64,000 bases of DNA from the human T2T-CHM13v2.0 reference genome, Homo sapiens, in NCBI RefSeq assembly GCF_009914755.1, contig NC_060925.1; one strand, written 5' to 3'. Of this stretch, positions 36,749 to 51,220 are shown in pieces; the stretch's first letter is position 1; every line of letters begins with the position of its first letter. Under the pieces are notes generated by a model. That model worked only from the letters and a program-made list of their open reading frames with translations. It was not told where the DNA came from and made no database searches. A program made the position numbers and the translations under genes.

Positions 36749-37301
36749 TGATGGAGTTTGGACGGTACTACCCCCAAAATATAGCACCCTGGCATTTGAG
36801 AAAACAGCAGAAGCTATTCTCATAATCTCCTTGCCCTTCTTTCCTGAAGCAGATCATAAAACCTAGGAAGGTCACTTCTCCTGCTCCTTTCCCCTGACGC
36901 AGGACATAAGACCCTCATTCAAGAGGTACCCACCCTACACCTGCAGGAAAGGAATATCCTTATTTCTGAAGACAAGGGGATACAGAGAAGAATCAAACAG
37001 GCTTTGCTAAGTTCACCCCAATTTATTACCACTTCTCTATCATACCCACTCTGTCCAATCATGCCTTTGCGTGACTACTTACTTCTTCATCAAACCTAAG
37101 GATTTATAAATTATTTATAAAGGATTTATAAAAATACATAGTTTTCTCTGTTTCTTTGTATCCTCATTTCTGAAGGCTCCTGTGTTATGTAAAGCTTATT
37201 AAATAAAGTGTGTGCTTTTCTCTTGTTAATCTAGTTTTTATTATGGGGCCCTACCCATGAACCTAGCGATGGGTGAGAAAGCTATTTTCTTTTTCTTTGC
37301 A
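36749..37301 (+). mobile_element. ERV1 solo LTR (MER39/MER34-like)
   Basis: tgatggagtttggacggtactacccccaaaatatagcaccctggcatttgagaaaacagcagaag ... aataaa at ~37202 ... ends ttgca. Flanks agag/aggg. Confidence 0.85.
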
Positions 37302-40064
37302 AGGGCCTCCTACTTTCTGCCTTCCCTGCCATCTTTTATTTTGGATGCTTCATTAACACCCAGCCATGAGCAGAATCTCCGCAGGAAGCCCAAGAATCCA
37401 AAACAGGCCAAGTTTACCATTTGTAGCTATCTAAGACTTCCCTTCAAATCCCCCAAAAATTGAGAACTGGTTGCCGACATGGATAGATCAATTGTTATCC
37501 TTAAAAATCCATGTATAATGAAGAATAACAACAGTAATCCTTGGCAATTACACAGCTCCACTGCTCTCTTCACTTTACCATTACCACCAGAGCCCTTCAA
37601 TAGAGGCAAGGGGCTCCTTTTGCCTGCCTGCATTGTTTCTCAATTTTGCATACCCTATTCAATTAAACAAGGATGGGCTAGCAGAATTTGACACCAAATT
37701 TCTTGAACTGGTTATTATTTGAGAACAATGCTTCTCCCAAAAAAAGAAATTTAGAGAAAACCCGAGATGAGCCAAAAGCTTAGGTGAACATTTTTGCTTT
37801 GGCTCTATATTTTTAAATTAGGAGCACTGCAAATGGAGATCTTAGGATAAAGTTACTGTAAATAAGATCTTTGTCTCTAAATGAGACTAGTTCCTCAAAA
37901 CTCCTTTTTCTTTTTGACTTGCACTGTTCAGTCCCACTTTCAGTGAAATTCAATCACATTCATTAGCATTTCTAAAGATGTAAGCTACTCAAAACAGCTG
38001 CATTGTCTTTCCTTTTCAACTAAAATGAAGCTTTTCCTTCTAAAGGGAGAAATCTCCCTTTAGTTACCCGCTTCTTTCTGCCTGGCACCCATAATTTTCA
38101 ATGGTGGAGCCAACCCCCATGAAACAGGAAGTGCAATCCCATTTGATCTCACTTGAAAGAAATTGTAAATACTTGGTAAAGGACAGAAACCGTGGCTCAA
38201 AGAAAAATACCAAAAAAAAAAAAAAAGTATGAAAGAAAAAAAAAAGCAAATGAGACAAAGTAATAATCATTTAAATGAACTAACTCTTTGTCCCTGGAGC
38301 TAACATTCTCATTATCAAGGGTATTTAATATATTCCCTATAGAAAACAGGCTGCTGTCTATCAGTCCTCCTCCTCTTTCTTTGGCTGTTTCAGCAATAGA
38401 GAGGAAAACATTTCATCTTTTTAATCTTTTATGTCTATATAAAGACCATTCCATATGCTCCAAATCATAAAGTTACCTGCTTTTTTTTTTTTTCAGGGTG
38501 AGTACTGATGGAAACATTATTACTAGAAAGAACCAAAGGGTTAAAAGTTAATATTTCTTCTCACTGACTTAGAAAACCATATTTTGTGGTGCCCAGTTAA
38601 AAATTCTGCATTTAATTAAATTGTAAATCCAATTTTTTGCAGTTAAAGACTAAAGAATATGCTGCTATTTAGAAAGGAAGATGATGCACTCAGCCATCTT
38701 GAGAAGGGCAAGCACCAAAACTGTTTTCCAAGAAAGATTTGTCATGGTCTATATAGACGTCTAGTTGTCCCTCTTGTGACAGTACCATTAGGCAAGGTTA
38801 CAGGGGCTTTATGGGACCCTGGGGCTGGAAGATCACACTAGTTTCAAGTTCTAACCCAGTGAACTTGGCAGACACAGAGATCAGGAAGGTGATGGGAAGG
38901 CTAGAAATATGGAAATTAGTCATTGGCAATCACATCTGAACAAAACAAAAGTTAAGTTGAATCAATCTTCTGTTCTAGTAGATGTCAGATTGAATTAAAA
39001 CACTCTAATTTTTTAAAAGCTGACCATAAGTACTTTTGAAAATGAAGCAGCTCATTGTGGAATCTACTAATAGTAGCTGGGTCTGGTGCTACAGAGGATA
39101 GGAAGAGAGGCAATCAGGGCTCTTGTACTAACGGATATTACCCAAAAAAGTATTTCACATGTGATTTGCTCAAATTACTACACTCAAGAAATTAGTAAGA
39201 CCCTAAACAGGTGTGCCAGAACCACTTCCTATGTTAAAATCTGGCAAACCAATTCCTTTTATAGAAACTGCTGCTGACCTGAACTGAGTAAGTCTCTAAT
39301 AAGAAAGAAAATCTGAAGCTGAGACAACAAATGATAATCAGACCTATCCTAAAATTTTGTGACATGTAAATCCTTCCGAAAGGAATTTCCAAATTCATGC
39401 TTATGGGGCACAGTAAGTCAGAAATGTCAAACTGCAAATGACAAGCTCTTGCAGAAGTGCTTCTTCAGAGACTCTGTCAGTCCCTGCAAAGATGGGGTAG
39501 TTAACTTACCAGCATTATTGGGATGAAACTGAAAAATTGTGGGTGGTTATCCACATGTTAAAGGGAACTGGACAATACCTTTATGAAGTAACTGATAGGA
39601 TCTAATAGAGGAGCATTGGAAACCCAGGTTGTCTATCTTTCAGTTAGGTATTCTCCCAGTTAGGCAAAAACAACAGCATTTCTTTGTGCTGTCAGGACAA
39701 AGAGAACAGATATTTGACAGTGCAGTATTTGTGGGGAACATGTGGACTCCTGGTGGAAGCTGCTCAAGCCAACCTTCCTAAGTCTGTTCCCAGTGCATGC
39801 ATGCAGAGATTCAAGCTGAAAATGCAGGGCCCTAGAAGATTCTATCCATCCTGTAGCAAATATTTTCAGTCAAATCCTGGACTTCTTCAAGACTCTCGCA
39901 TTCCAATCCTGCTCTCCTGTCATGTCTGCCTAGAATGTGTAACCCTTTACTCACTATTGGTATGTTGGCTGGAAAAACTATAGCAGGGTTAGAGAGCACT
40001 GATGGAATGGAAGAAGAAATGTGTAGGTGTTTGCCTTCATCCTGGGGATATGTGTAAAAACAAC

Positions 40065-40340
40065 AATAATAATACTAGCTGCCATTTACTGAGCTCTCAC
40101 TTTGTGCTGAGAACAATACTAACTACTTTATTTGCATCAACCTCTTTAATTTCTGCAACCCTATAAGAAAGGTACCACTAGTAATTCCATTTTACGGTTA
40201 AGGAAATTGAGGTACAAAGAGGCAAAATGGATGAAACCCTTGCCCTTGACATATAATTGTCAAATGTTATAGTAGGACTAGGTCTTAATTCTGTCCATTA
40301 CCAATCCTATGCATTTAACTAGGATACTACTCTGTCCTCC
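40065..40340 (-). mobile_element. MIR
   Basis: tagctgccatttactgagctctcactttgtgc...caaccctataagaaaggtac...ccattttacggttaaggaaattgaggtacaaagagg. Confidence 0.8.
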
Positions 40341-40502
40341 TTTATAATAGTAGAAATATCTGTTTGTTCTAGTCAACCATTTGCCCTGTATGTTTTTGTA
40401 GGCCTGTAGAGAGATACAATAATTTCCCCAAATTTCTGCATGACCTTATGACTTACATGGCCCAGACTTCAGCAATTGCACTTAAATTTAAACTCACTAG
40501 AA

Positions 40503-40697
40503 CAGCGCCAGCCAATAGAACTGTCAGCAATTATGGCAGCATTCTAAAAATCTGCACTGTCCAATATGTTAGCCACTAGTCAAACATGTGGCTATTGAGT
40601 GCTTGAAATATGGCGGGTATAATTGAGGAAGTTTTCATTTTAATTAATTTAAATTTAAATAACCACATATGGCTAGTAGCTACCATACTGCACGGAT
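40503..40697. mobile_element. MER3-like hAT DNA element
   Basis: ctgcactgtccaatatgttagccactagtca..catgtggctattgagtgcttgaaat...aaccacatatggctagtagctacc. Confidence 0.85.
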
Positions 40698-40737
40698 CTC
40701 TAGAGGGAAAAACATGATGCTCATGGTACTGAAACTA

Positions 40738-41480
40738 TTTCATTTATTCATTTAATCAATATTTTTGAGAGCTTACTATATACCAGATTCAGTACCAGCC
40801 ATTATACGGAAAGTAGCAGACAAAATAGACATTGATTTCTGACCAAAAGAGAGAATAAAATTAAAGAGCCAGAGACATTAGAGAAAACAAGGAGAGTGCA
40901 TCATCACAGAAACCTAGAAAGGAGAAAGTTTCCAAAAAGGAACTGGGTCATGGCTCTTTGGTTCCTCAATTACACTAGCCATATGTTGAATGTTAAGATG
41001 ACAATGAAGATGAAAACAGAAAAACACGATCTGGATCTGTCATCACCGAAAGACATTTTATTGTGTTATCAAGAGTAGTTTCAGTGGAGGGATTGGAAGT
41101 CAGATTAGAATGAGTTAAGGAGTAAATGGGCAGTTAAGGCAATGAAGACAACAATGACCTGCATAGACAATACTCTTGAAAATCGTTGCTGAAAATGAGG
41201 GTAAAGAAATGAGGGTGATATCAGAAGGAGTATGCATGGTGCAGGCATCTAGTATACTGCATATATGTAAGCCAAGGGGAGTAATCTAGTGAAGAAGAAA
41301 AAAATGGACAAGGCAGCAAAGTGGAGGGAGCAGAGGGTGGGTAACTGGTATTCTTAAGAACTCAAGAAGATCCAGACACCAGTGAGAGGACTGGTCTTGG
41401 CTGAAAAGAAAGATATTTCTTCCAGGTAAAGGAAGAAGAAGAAGATGGCTGCAGGTGAGGGTAGCTTTGCAGATTTGCTC
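40738..41480 (-). mobile_element. L2 fragments
   Basis: The reverse L2 3' end (tttattcatttaatcaatatttttgagagcttacta) is followed by purine-rich L2-like sequence (agtagtttcagtggag...gaagtcagatt). Confidence 0.6.
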
Positions 41481-42946
41481 ACTTAACCCAACTGAGCCAA
41501 GCTTCCCTGGAGCTGCCCATAGCTAGGAATTTCATTCAAAGAAATGTTGCTCTTATATCCAACATAATTGAAAAGCAATTAAATATTTTTTGCAATCTCT
41601 AGAAGAATCCTCAGAGGGAATTGCATGAAAACACACAATAAAAACCAAACTTGCCCAAACTTCTCCCTCTCTCCCTCCAGCATCTCTCTCTCCTGTCCCC
41701 ATGTCTACCTTTTCCTGCCACTCCAAAATCCCAAGAAAATCTCTTACTAAAAAAATACACGGAGTGAGATGAAATGATGTCTAGCGTTAGCTCTAAAATT
41801 TTATGATTGTATAAATAAAACCTGATATTTAAAACTTCACCTTTTCATTTACAAGAGGCTAGACAAGCTTGGAGGAATTCTGAAGGTTACCAGGGTTTGT
41901 TGTTTTTTATATAGTTACTAAGATGTCACATCATAATGTATGTAAAAAATGAAGGTGGAAAACTCCAAAATTGCAAGGGAAGTAGAGTGGGGGGAAAAGG
42001 CTTTGGATAAGGCAAGAGGAGGAGGAAGAGGACTAGAGAAAAGTAGGAGAATCAGGGCCAGTACTGCCAAACCCAGAGGAGAAATTAGAGATGTAGAATG
42101 AGGCATAACATCTGTTCTGTTCCAAGCAGGGTTTGTTTCCAAATTCACCTCTTTATTCCTTGCCTCAGCCAGGACCTATCTCCTTTTTCTTTGAAATCAC
42201 AAAAACAGCAAAGCTTTCTCACCAAACAGTGAGACCATTCTTATACCACAACCCAAAGAAAATGGGTGCACGTGGGCGCATAGGATGATAACAATAGAAC
42301 CATGGATTTCTAAATGTTTCTTAATTCAGGGAGAAGCAAAGGGAGGAGGGAGAGTAACCTACCTCTTAAACTGTTTGAAAATAATATGCAGAAAGAGAAA
42401 AACAATCCTCAGCTAACAACTGCCTTTCTTGCCATCTGCTTAATCTAAACATTAGCACATCACATATCTGAGTGAACTCAAATTGCACTGGAAATGGAGT
42501 ACTCTGTTCCACTTTTTTAGACCCTTGATGGGAGAGTCAAGTGAGAATTTTCTACGGGATTATATGGGTGTTACAGGCTTCCAACATATGCATTTAGGGC
42601 CACATTTTCAGTCCAGCCTTAACTCATCATACCAGAGGCAAAATTGTGCCTGGCTTAATTAGCACAAGTACTAATCAAGTACTAATGAAATTTGCCCATG
42701 AGCAGTTCCTCAGACTAAGGCACAAGTAGTGCACACAATTTCCGTATATATCACTTAGCTTGTCAGCACAAAAGGGGGAAAGAAATGAACAATTCCTCCC
42801 TAAAATTTGCTTCAGGCTAACCACAGGCAAACATCATTTCTACCCAGAAGTAATACATTAGTTTCATCAGTGTAAACTCTGCAAATCCTAAATCTGCAAA
42901 TTGCATCTCAATTTGCCACATTAGGTAACACATTTATAAAAGTATA

Positions 42947-43228
<282 letters not shown>

Positions 43229-43229
43229 T

Positions 43230-43243
43230 TATATATATATAAT

Positions 43244-43281
<38 letters not shown>
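43230..43281 (+). repeat. (TA)n-(AC)14 compound microsatellite 3' of the Alu tail
   Basis: Read directly from the sequence. Confidence 0.95.
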
Positions 43282-43284
<3 letters not shown>

Positions 43285-45812
43285 TGTTATCAATGAAGAT
43301 GCTTCATTCTTAAAGATTTATTAGCTATTTAAGACCTAAATTTGGAAATGAGTATGATCTGCAATATACCTTAAAATACATAGGACATCTTTCAAACTGA
43401 AATGTCAGTTCTTAAGAGGGCACAATGATGTTGGACAACAGATCTATTTGTTTAAACTCAGAATAATGACAAAAAAAAGAGGCCCAATTTTATCTCTTCC
43501 ATCACCAATAAACCTTTAGTCTTCTTCTTGTTGTATTTTAAGTCCACTATTAAGACCTGTCCAAGCATAAGCATTTATTTACAACAAATATTAAACTAAG
43601 GAAGATTCTTTCAAACTATCAATTAAATCATACTAATCACAGATGCAGCATGCACATTGAAATAAGTATCTATATAATCAAGCTTTGCACATAGGAACCA
43701 TTTTGTTCTGGTTACCTCACAGTACTTTCCACCAAATAAAATTCTGGGTCATCCCATTTTGGAGGCACAAGAAAAACAGTGATTAATCCTTAAGAGCAAG
43801 GTCACGTTAAAAATCAGGGAGAAAATCAAGAGAGGACTGCATGAGGACCAAATGCTGTCATCTCTCCTGCCCAGTAAACTACACTCCTTCCTCAAAGGAC
43901 TGTTACATTTCTGGTGGGAAAGAATCTCACCTTTAAGAAGCTGAAACTTACCCACTTGAACAGGTGCAAGGACCAGATGACCAGTTGTTCCCTTTATGGA
44001 CTATCGATAAAAATCACTTAAAAAAATAATAATCATTGGCAAGTGCTAAAAACCAGCCAATTGACACAATGTCTTCATAAAACGAAATTCAGGAGAGAGG
44101 AGAGAAAATAATGCAGAATCAGAGTAACCTTGGATGCAACCAAACTGTCACCTGTGGTCCATGCAACAAAAGCCTTCCACATAGCTTCGTGAGTTAAGGA
44201 CAACAGATTAATTACAACATTGACTTCTGTTGCTGTTTCAGAATCATGTTGTCTGAGTATTATGTTAGTCTCATTTTTCTATTTGTAAACAGATCTAACT
44301 TATCTCTATAGAACAGTAGAAGAGGAAAAAAAGGTTCTCTTGCCATTAGTGAGTTTTATTTTTCTTGATTAAATAAAGGTTTGTGAACTATAAAGAGTAC
44401 AAATTTAACATGCTGTAAAAGCAACAAGAAAAATTCACGCAGAGCACAGACGAGAACAAAATTCAAGCCCTGGCATTCTTCAGAGGAACCAAGGGCCCCA
44501 TCTGCTGATGTTTAAATGTACTACAGTAGCAAACAGATTTAAAAAAAAATAAAAAAAATCTTATTGAACTAAAATACAATAAAGAGCCTGAAGCTGCAGA
44601 ATCTTAGCAGCAGAAGGCACCTTTAGAAGTTAGAGAACCTGCCCCTGATCCAACACTTCTCACCCTTTTCTGTACTGCTGCATAGCTGTATGGAAGTTAT
44701 TTGGAGCAGACAGTAGTTTATTTTTAATTTTCTTAGTTCTCAGGAAAAAAGTGCCAAGCACTACCTTCACTGGCCACCACCTCTCTACTGACAGACCTTT
44801 GGCTGAAGTGAGTTCTCTAGTCCCTTTAGTTGATGGCTCTTGTTTTGAAGTGACTGGATGGTTAGGGTCTTAATAATGGGTTTTGATGCTGCCCATTTTG
44901 ATGATAAGGAGGAAGACATTCCCATTACTTCTTAGCCTTGCCTCCAACATGGGATAGTACTAGGGTCCTTTCTCTGCCTTTCTCTGAAGTTTGTTTGGTT
45001 TATGACCATTTTTGCAACTAAGCGAGTACGTAAAGCATAACAGAAAGACCCTAGATGGGTTAGAATAATGCAGTTTAGGGGTCTAGTCCATCTTTGGTAA
45101 TACTCACTACTGTCCTGTTCTGTCTAGCTCTCCTCTCCTCACCTTAAAAATAAGGTGTCAGATTGCATGCTCTTTAAATGGGTTAAGTTCCTTTCCTCCT
45201 ACCTCTACAATTCATTGTAGCATCCACATAGCACATTGCATATATTAGACACTCAGTAAAAAGCTGATGAACAGACATATTTTCAGTCAAAACTATTTGT
45301 TGGTAATTATCCTTTTTATTTAATCTAGCCATTCTGAGTTCCTTATACCCTTTTATATTTGGAATCTAATAATACTTGTAGTGAACATTTATGTTTGGAA
45401 AACCAGACCCTTTTAACCTTTATTTAGAAAACTACCCCCAATGTCTTTGGGAGCAAGTATCTCTTCTCCATTATGAACAGTTCAGTGGGACCATCAGTCT
45501 ATGTTCTACGAGCTCTCCTAGTTGAATTGTGAGCACCTGAACCAAATTTGGCCAACTCTCTCCACTGTGACTTTGACTCCTGTGCAGAGTAAAACAAGAA
45601 TGGGAAAGCAATGAGGTTAGGGCATTCTGGCAGTATAATCTGAAATGCCTGTCAAATGGTTCCTGTTACCTCAACCCCTAGACCCCAGTAGCTGACCTAG
45701 TTCATGTCCTATTTCTGTGATGAATTCTCCAGCCTTTTCTTCAGGAAACTGAAACATCAGGCACAGCTACCCTCTAGGCCTCCCAAGACATTCATTTCCT
45801 GCTTTAAGTTAA

Positions 45813-46358
45813 TGTGATAGACATTAGCTGATTGTCTCTCCCACATACAAACCACCTCCCTCCCTTGCTTTCTTCCTAACAAGGCTCTAGACATCTAGTC
45901 ATGCAATTGGTGTGGAATTGACTTCATGTCTGTCTCTAGGAGCAGATCTTGATTGGCTCAAGCTAATTATCATGCCCTCTTCCCTTGGCCACAGCAAATG
46001 GTTTGGAAGTGGACATATAACTGAATTTAGGCCCATCAAATATAGAGCATGTTTGTCGGGGATTCTAGGAAAGAGGTTACTTCTATCTTCAATGGGAATT
46101 ATTTTAAAATAATTAGACATGGACATGAAGCCCTAGTTGTGTCAGCATCTGCCTTACTATCACAAGAGAAACCAGTCTTAGGATGAGGCCAACATTGTGA
46201 AAACTACAGGGGAAGGAAAGAAACCACATCCTTGGAGATACTGTAATTAGCCCGAAGCCTGAAAGTTTTAGTTATATGAGGCAGTAGATTTCCTTTGTTG
46301 TTTAAGGCATTTTGATAGAATTTTCTATTACTTATGAGTGAAATAATCCTTAATAATA
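45813..46358 (+). mobile_element. MLT1 (J-like) LTR
   Basis: tgtgatagac...cccttggccacagcaaatggttt...catataactgaatttaggcc...ttgtttaaggca...ttttctattactt. Confidence 0.65.
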
Positions 46359-47129
46359 TCCAGGGTCTATTTCTGTTGATAAAAACCAAAGAACTTTAAA
46401 AGATACACTATTCAATTGGGAATCTGACATCCTAGGAAGATGAACCACTACTGTTCTTATATGCTATACTTTTATTTAGATATTTCAATATCATCCTTGC
46501 TTTTATATTTACATTGTTGAATCTGTTCAATCTATAGTCCATGCTAACTCATATTTTTCTGTCATTCTTACCTAAAGCAAATCAATCATTTATTCTATTC
46601 TATTGGTTTTGTCTTCTTTTCTTCCTTTGTTTACTAATATGAATGCTTCCCCACTTACTTTATTTTCCTAAACGCATCTTCAATTCATCAAAGTTCTTTA
46701 CAGGCAGTAAGCAAATTTTGCTTTCTAAGTTATTTAACAAAGTCTACCACATAGTAGGTATTTTTTCAAAGAATGGATAACATGTTTATGTTTATTCATC
46801 TTTTTCCAAACTACCCTTTCCTGTTAGTTTAATGAATACCCTCCTATTATATCATCAGGGTCAATGGGAATAAATTTTACTGAAGGTGCAGCAAGTCTTA
46901 TGTTGGGAACACATTGGGCTCCCAACATTAGACTGGAACTGGCTGCTGGAACACCAGGTAGCATAGTCATCTGTGATTGGATGACTGAAGCTAAATCTCT
47001 TTTGGGATGAACCTTTGGTTTTCCCCTTTTGTACCTGCCCCCACCTATTCCATTTCCAACTGTGCTTTTTCTCAGTAATATAGAGAAAAGCTGGATAGAC
47101 CAGTTCATGGATTAAAATGTCATTTTTTT

Positions 47130-47960
47130 CTCTTCCTCTTCATCTCAGTCATTGACTTCTTTCATACTTAGTTCCCAGGCACTCCCAACATAACATCTCT
47201 CTAGTTAAATTTCCTCCAATCACATTCCCCCAGAATTACTTTCCTTTGTTTCCTTCCCATCTCAAGTAACAATACCACCTTCCACCAACTTTGTCAAACT
47301 AAAACCCAGACTTTTCTCTCCTCTTCACCTTCCACATCTTAACAAGTCACCAAGTAGAATCAATTTTACTCAAGAAATATTGCTTTAACATATTACTTTC
47401 TTTCTACTCTTACCTGAACTTTCTAGTTGGGATCCTTTCAATCTCTTACCTGAACTATCCTCCTACCTGTTGTCTCTGCCTCCAGTCTTACCATGTTTAT
47501 ATACAGCTTCCATCTGCCACCAGGATGGTGCATCTCAATTATAAACACAATCTAGTCGCTCCCCTGCATAAGGCAATGTTTTCATATCAGTTTCACTATG
47601 CATTCTAACATAGATCCTGTCTTGCTCTATTCTTATCTCCCTCCACTGTGTACTTAGCAATTCAAGTTTCAGAAACATTTATTAAACCATATATGGTTCA
47701 GTCGACGAAACATATTTCTTTCTGTCCTTATTTCTTACTGTGGTGTTTTCTCTGCCTAACACAGTTCTCCACTTCTTCACTGGAGCAAACTCTACTCAAC
47801 CTCAAGTGTAATCTTCCCCAAGAGGTCTGCTCTGACTATCCCCAGACTCAACCAAGTGATCCAATTCTGTGTCCTTCAAGAATTCTGTGCACAATCCCAT
47901 CCTAGCACTTACAGGGTAAATTTGAACTAGACATATCAACACAGTGCCTACTCTATGCCT
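47130..47960 (+). mobile_element. L2 fragments
   Basis: Pyrimidine-rich L2-like sequence (tcaccaagt, ctcttacctgaacta, tctctgcctccagtc). Boundaries approximate. Confidence 0.5.
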
Positions 47961-50199
47961 CCTTTGATAGCCTCTGATGAACAGACAGCATTTAGACCTG
48001 TTTTTACCATGTGATGTTTCCCTCTTTTCACAATTTATTGAGTTAGGGATGGGCATGGAGTGTCTAAGGGCATCCATGGTTTCTTTGAAAAAACATGGGC
48101 TGGACCAATTCACTCACCTTTCTAAGTATTTTGAACTAAGAAATGCAGAGACAAAATTAGAATCAGGGGCAAATTTTAAAAGCCAATTATTAGAGAAAAC
48201 TTACAATTCATCCCTCACAAGAACAAGTTTTAATAGCACAGAAACCACAAGTAAGCAGAAGGTAAGATACACAGAAATGAAGAGAACATCCTGAAGACTC
48301 AGGAACCTCTGCTCTGAAACTACTGACATCCCAGGGCCACCTGAATCAAAAACCATCCTGCAATTCTGCTCTTCTTGAAGTCAAGAGGCTCATAATTCCC
48401 TGGGGTTTTGTGGTCTCATCTTCTTATAATAATCTCTATAAAAATATTTCTACCACACAAGGAAGTATGAACTGAGTCTTAGCTCTAGTATGTAAGAGGT
48501 TAATCAAAACAGAATTGAATTTTCCTCTTTTCTCATTGGTCTTTACCACTAGACTAAGAGCTTCCAATGGGTAAAGAACACAAGTATCCAGAAGACAGTA
48601 AATACTGAATAAAATGGATATCTAAACCCATGAATGAGAAACCAAATGGGAGGAGGGCCAAAGGGAACAGGTGATGGGGATATACTACGGGTTAATTTAT
48701 GTTAAGAGAATTTATGCAAAACAATAAGAGAACATATACTTGTCTCATCAATTACTGAAACATATCTCATTCTTAACTGATAATTATGCAAAGGAAAATT
48801 TTCCATACTACTATCTTATAAAAAATAAGACCTGAAATTTGATGCTAGGTGTAATTCTCAATTACATTTTTACAAATTAATATTACAAGGACTTAATGAT
48901 CCCCTACTATGTGCTTAGCACATTGTTCCATGCTATCAAAGATACAAAACAAAAAGTGTGAAATTCTTAATCTCAAGAACCTTATCTTCATCTATTCTTT
49001 ATAAAGCTTCGTTATCCCCCACTCTTTGATCTTCACCAAGTATTTTGAAACTAATTATCCTGCACCTTCCTCATAATAAAGGCTTCTTTAAAAATTGAGT
49101 TTTTAAAATGCCAGAAGTTCTAGCTTCTTGCCCCAGTTAATCTAGTAAAGGCACAGTGAAATATTATCAACAGTAGGCTTCATTTTTTTTGACTGCTTCA
49201 GCCACAATAAAGAGATTATGAAAATTCCAAATGCCTTGCAACTTAAAGCATATAAACTCTATTTTTCAAACTATATGAATAGCTGGAAGAAGCAGCTAAG
49301 AGTAAAGGCAAGCAGGGAATTGTAGAATAAAACTTTCATAAAGTCTCTGAGATGTCTAGTGAGGAAGTCTCAGGGCTGACTGTTAGGATGATTTAAAACC
49401 TTAAACACCATTTTGTTGACACATAATTCTTTTATATATTTTCAGTATATAAATTGTGAGCTCCTCTAAAGGAAACACAGTTTTTCACAGCAAAAACAAA
49501 GAAAAAAAGCTTCTAACTCTTACTACATTTTAAGCACTAGATAACTTTGCGAGCAGGTAACCATGTTTATAAAATCATGTAAATCAGCACTCGTGAATCA
49601 GTGTGGCAGGAAGCATTTCATACGCTGACTTTCTATTGACACATATCTAACCATTTTCACATTTAGTATTTTTACTTGTGGTTGTTAATGTGCCTAAAAA
49701 TATATAGAAACATGAAAACCAACAGATTCCATGGCTACAAATTAGATAGTTACTAATGCAGATAGGGCTTGTTTTTTGTGTTTTTGATTTTTTTCCTTTG
49801 GGCCCGGAAAAGTTTTGAACAACAGCCAATGGGTTTTTCTCCTTTGAAGGAAGCCTGTCTCACTCATGACACTATCTCTACTAAATGTAACATCAGGAAA
49901 GAGGTGGAATTTTTTTCTTTATTAAATTGGGAAAAGAATTCATGCTCAATATACATTTGCTGAATGTATATTGAATAAATAAATGAAACATGAAAGTAGT
50001 AGTCAGGGATCAATGGGAGAGTGTGGAGAAAACTGGGGCCGAAGCATTTTTTGCCAGATTTTCTGAAATCTCTTATGCTCAGGCTGCATCTAGGTTGGCT
50101 ATCATCACGGTATTTTGTACCGTGAGAAAAGAACAACCAGTCTCTCCTAAAATTAGATAAGGTTGTTTTGAGAAATCAGATAACCATAAGCATTTATTA

Positions 50200-50640
50200 A
50201 TCCATTCATTCATTTATTCAACAAACGTTTGTCAAGCTCCTGCTATGTCCTGGGCACAGTTCTAGGTGTTGGGAATACAGCACTGAATAAGAAAAAACTG
50301 CCACACTTGGGGAACTTACATTCTCCTGGGTGAAACAGACAATAAAGAAACAAGTAGCTCCCTAACTTAGACATAATGCTATGAATAAAAATGAAGCAGG
50401 GAAAGGGGGCAGAGTAATGCAAGCTATTATTTTAGGTAGAGTGGCCAGGGAGACCAATGGTCAGAATGAAGTGAGAGAAGAAGCCCTGTGAGCATCTGTG
50501 TGAACTGCAGAAAGGACTGCAGAAGATCTGTGCAGGAAGCATGTGAGACATGCTCCAGGAACAGCAAGGGGCTGGCAAGAAAGAGGTGGTAAGACACTTG
50601 GATTTTATGCTAAGTGTGTTGGGAAACCATTGCAATAGAT
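50200..50640 (-). mobile_element. L2 3' part
   Basis: cattcattcatttattcaacaaacgtttgtcaagctcctgctatgtcctgggcacagttctaggtgttgggaatacagc. Confidence 0.85.
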
Positions 50641-50708
50641 ACTCAGACGCACGTCCTTTTTTAAGCTAGGCTTTACAAACTTGAGAATGAATAATCTGGG
50701 ATACATAT

Positions 50709-51220
50709 TGCCAAGACCAGCTCAGTTAGGGAGACCCTAACCCAGCGGCACTAGAGGAATTAAAGACACACACACAGAAATATAGAGGTGTGAAGTGAGA
50801 AATCAGGGGTCTCACAGCCTTCAGAGCTGAGAGCCCCGAACAGAGATTTACCCACATATTTATTAACAGCAAACCAGTCATTAGCATTGTTTCTATAGAT
50901 ATTAAGTTAACTAAAAGTATCCCTTATGGGAAACAAAGGGATGGGCTGAATTAAAAGGATAGGTTGGGCTAATTAACTGCAGCAGGAACATGCCCTTAAG
51001 ACACAGATCGCTCATGCTATTGTTTGTGGCTTAAGAACGCCTTTAAGCGGTTTTCCGCCCTGGGCCAGCCAGGTATTCCTTGCCCTCATTCCCGTAAACC
51101 CACAACCTTCCAGCTTGGGCATTAGGGCCATTATGAACATGTTACACTGCTGCAGAGATTTTGTTTATGGCCAGTCTTGGGGCCAGTTTATGGCCAGATT
51201 TTGGGGGCTTGCTCCCAACA
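50709..51220 (-). mobile_element. MER9 solo LTR (HERV-K HML-3 family)
   Basis: The minus strand starts tgttgggagcaagcccccaaaatctggccataaactggcccc, spans 512 bp and has TG..CA ends. TSD catat at 50704-50708 and 51221-51225. Confidence 0.93.

Noticed and set aside
42665-42686. caagtactaat twice, and similar 8-13-bp duplications near 8249, 37098, 51606 and 53031
   Set aside because: Ordinary slippage micro-duplications.
43946-44030. Possible minus-strand exon ending at GG|GTAAGT
   Set aside because: The acceptor (ttttttaag) is weak and nothing else supports it.
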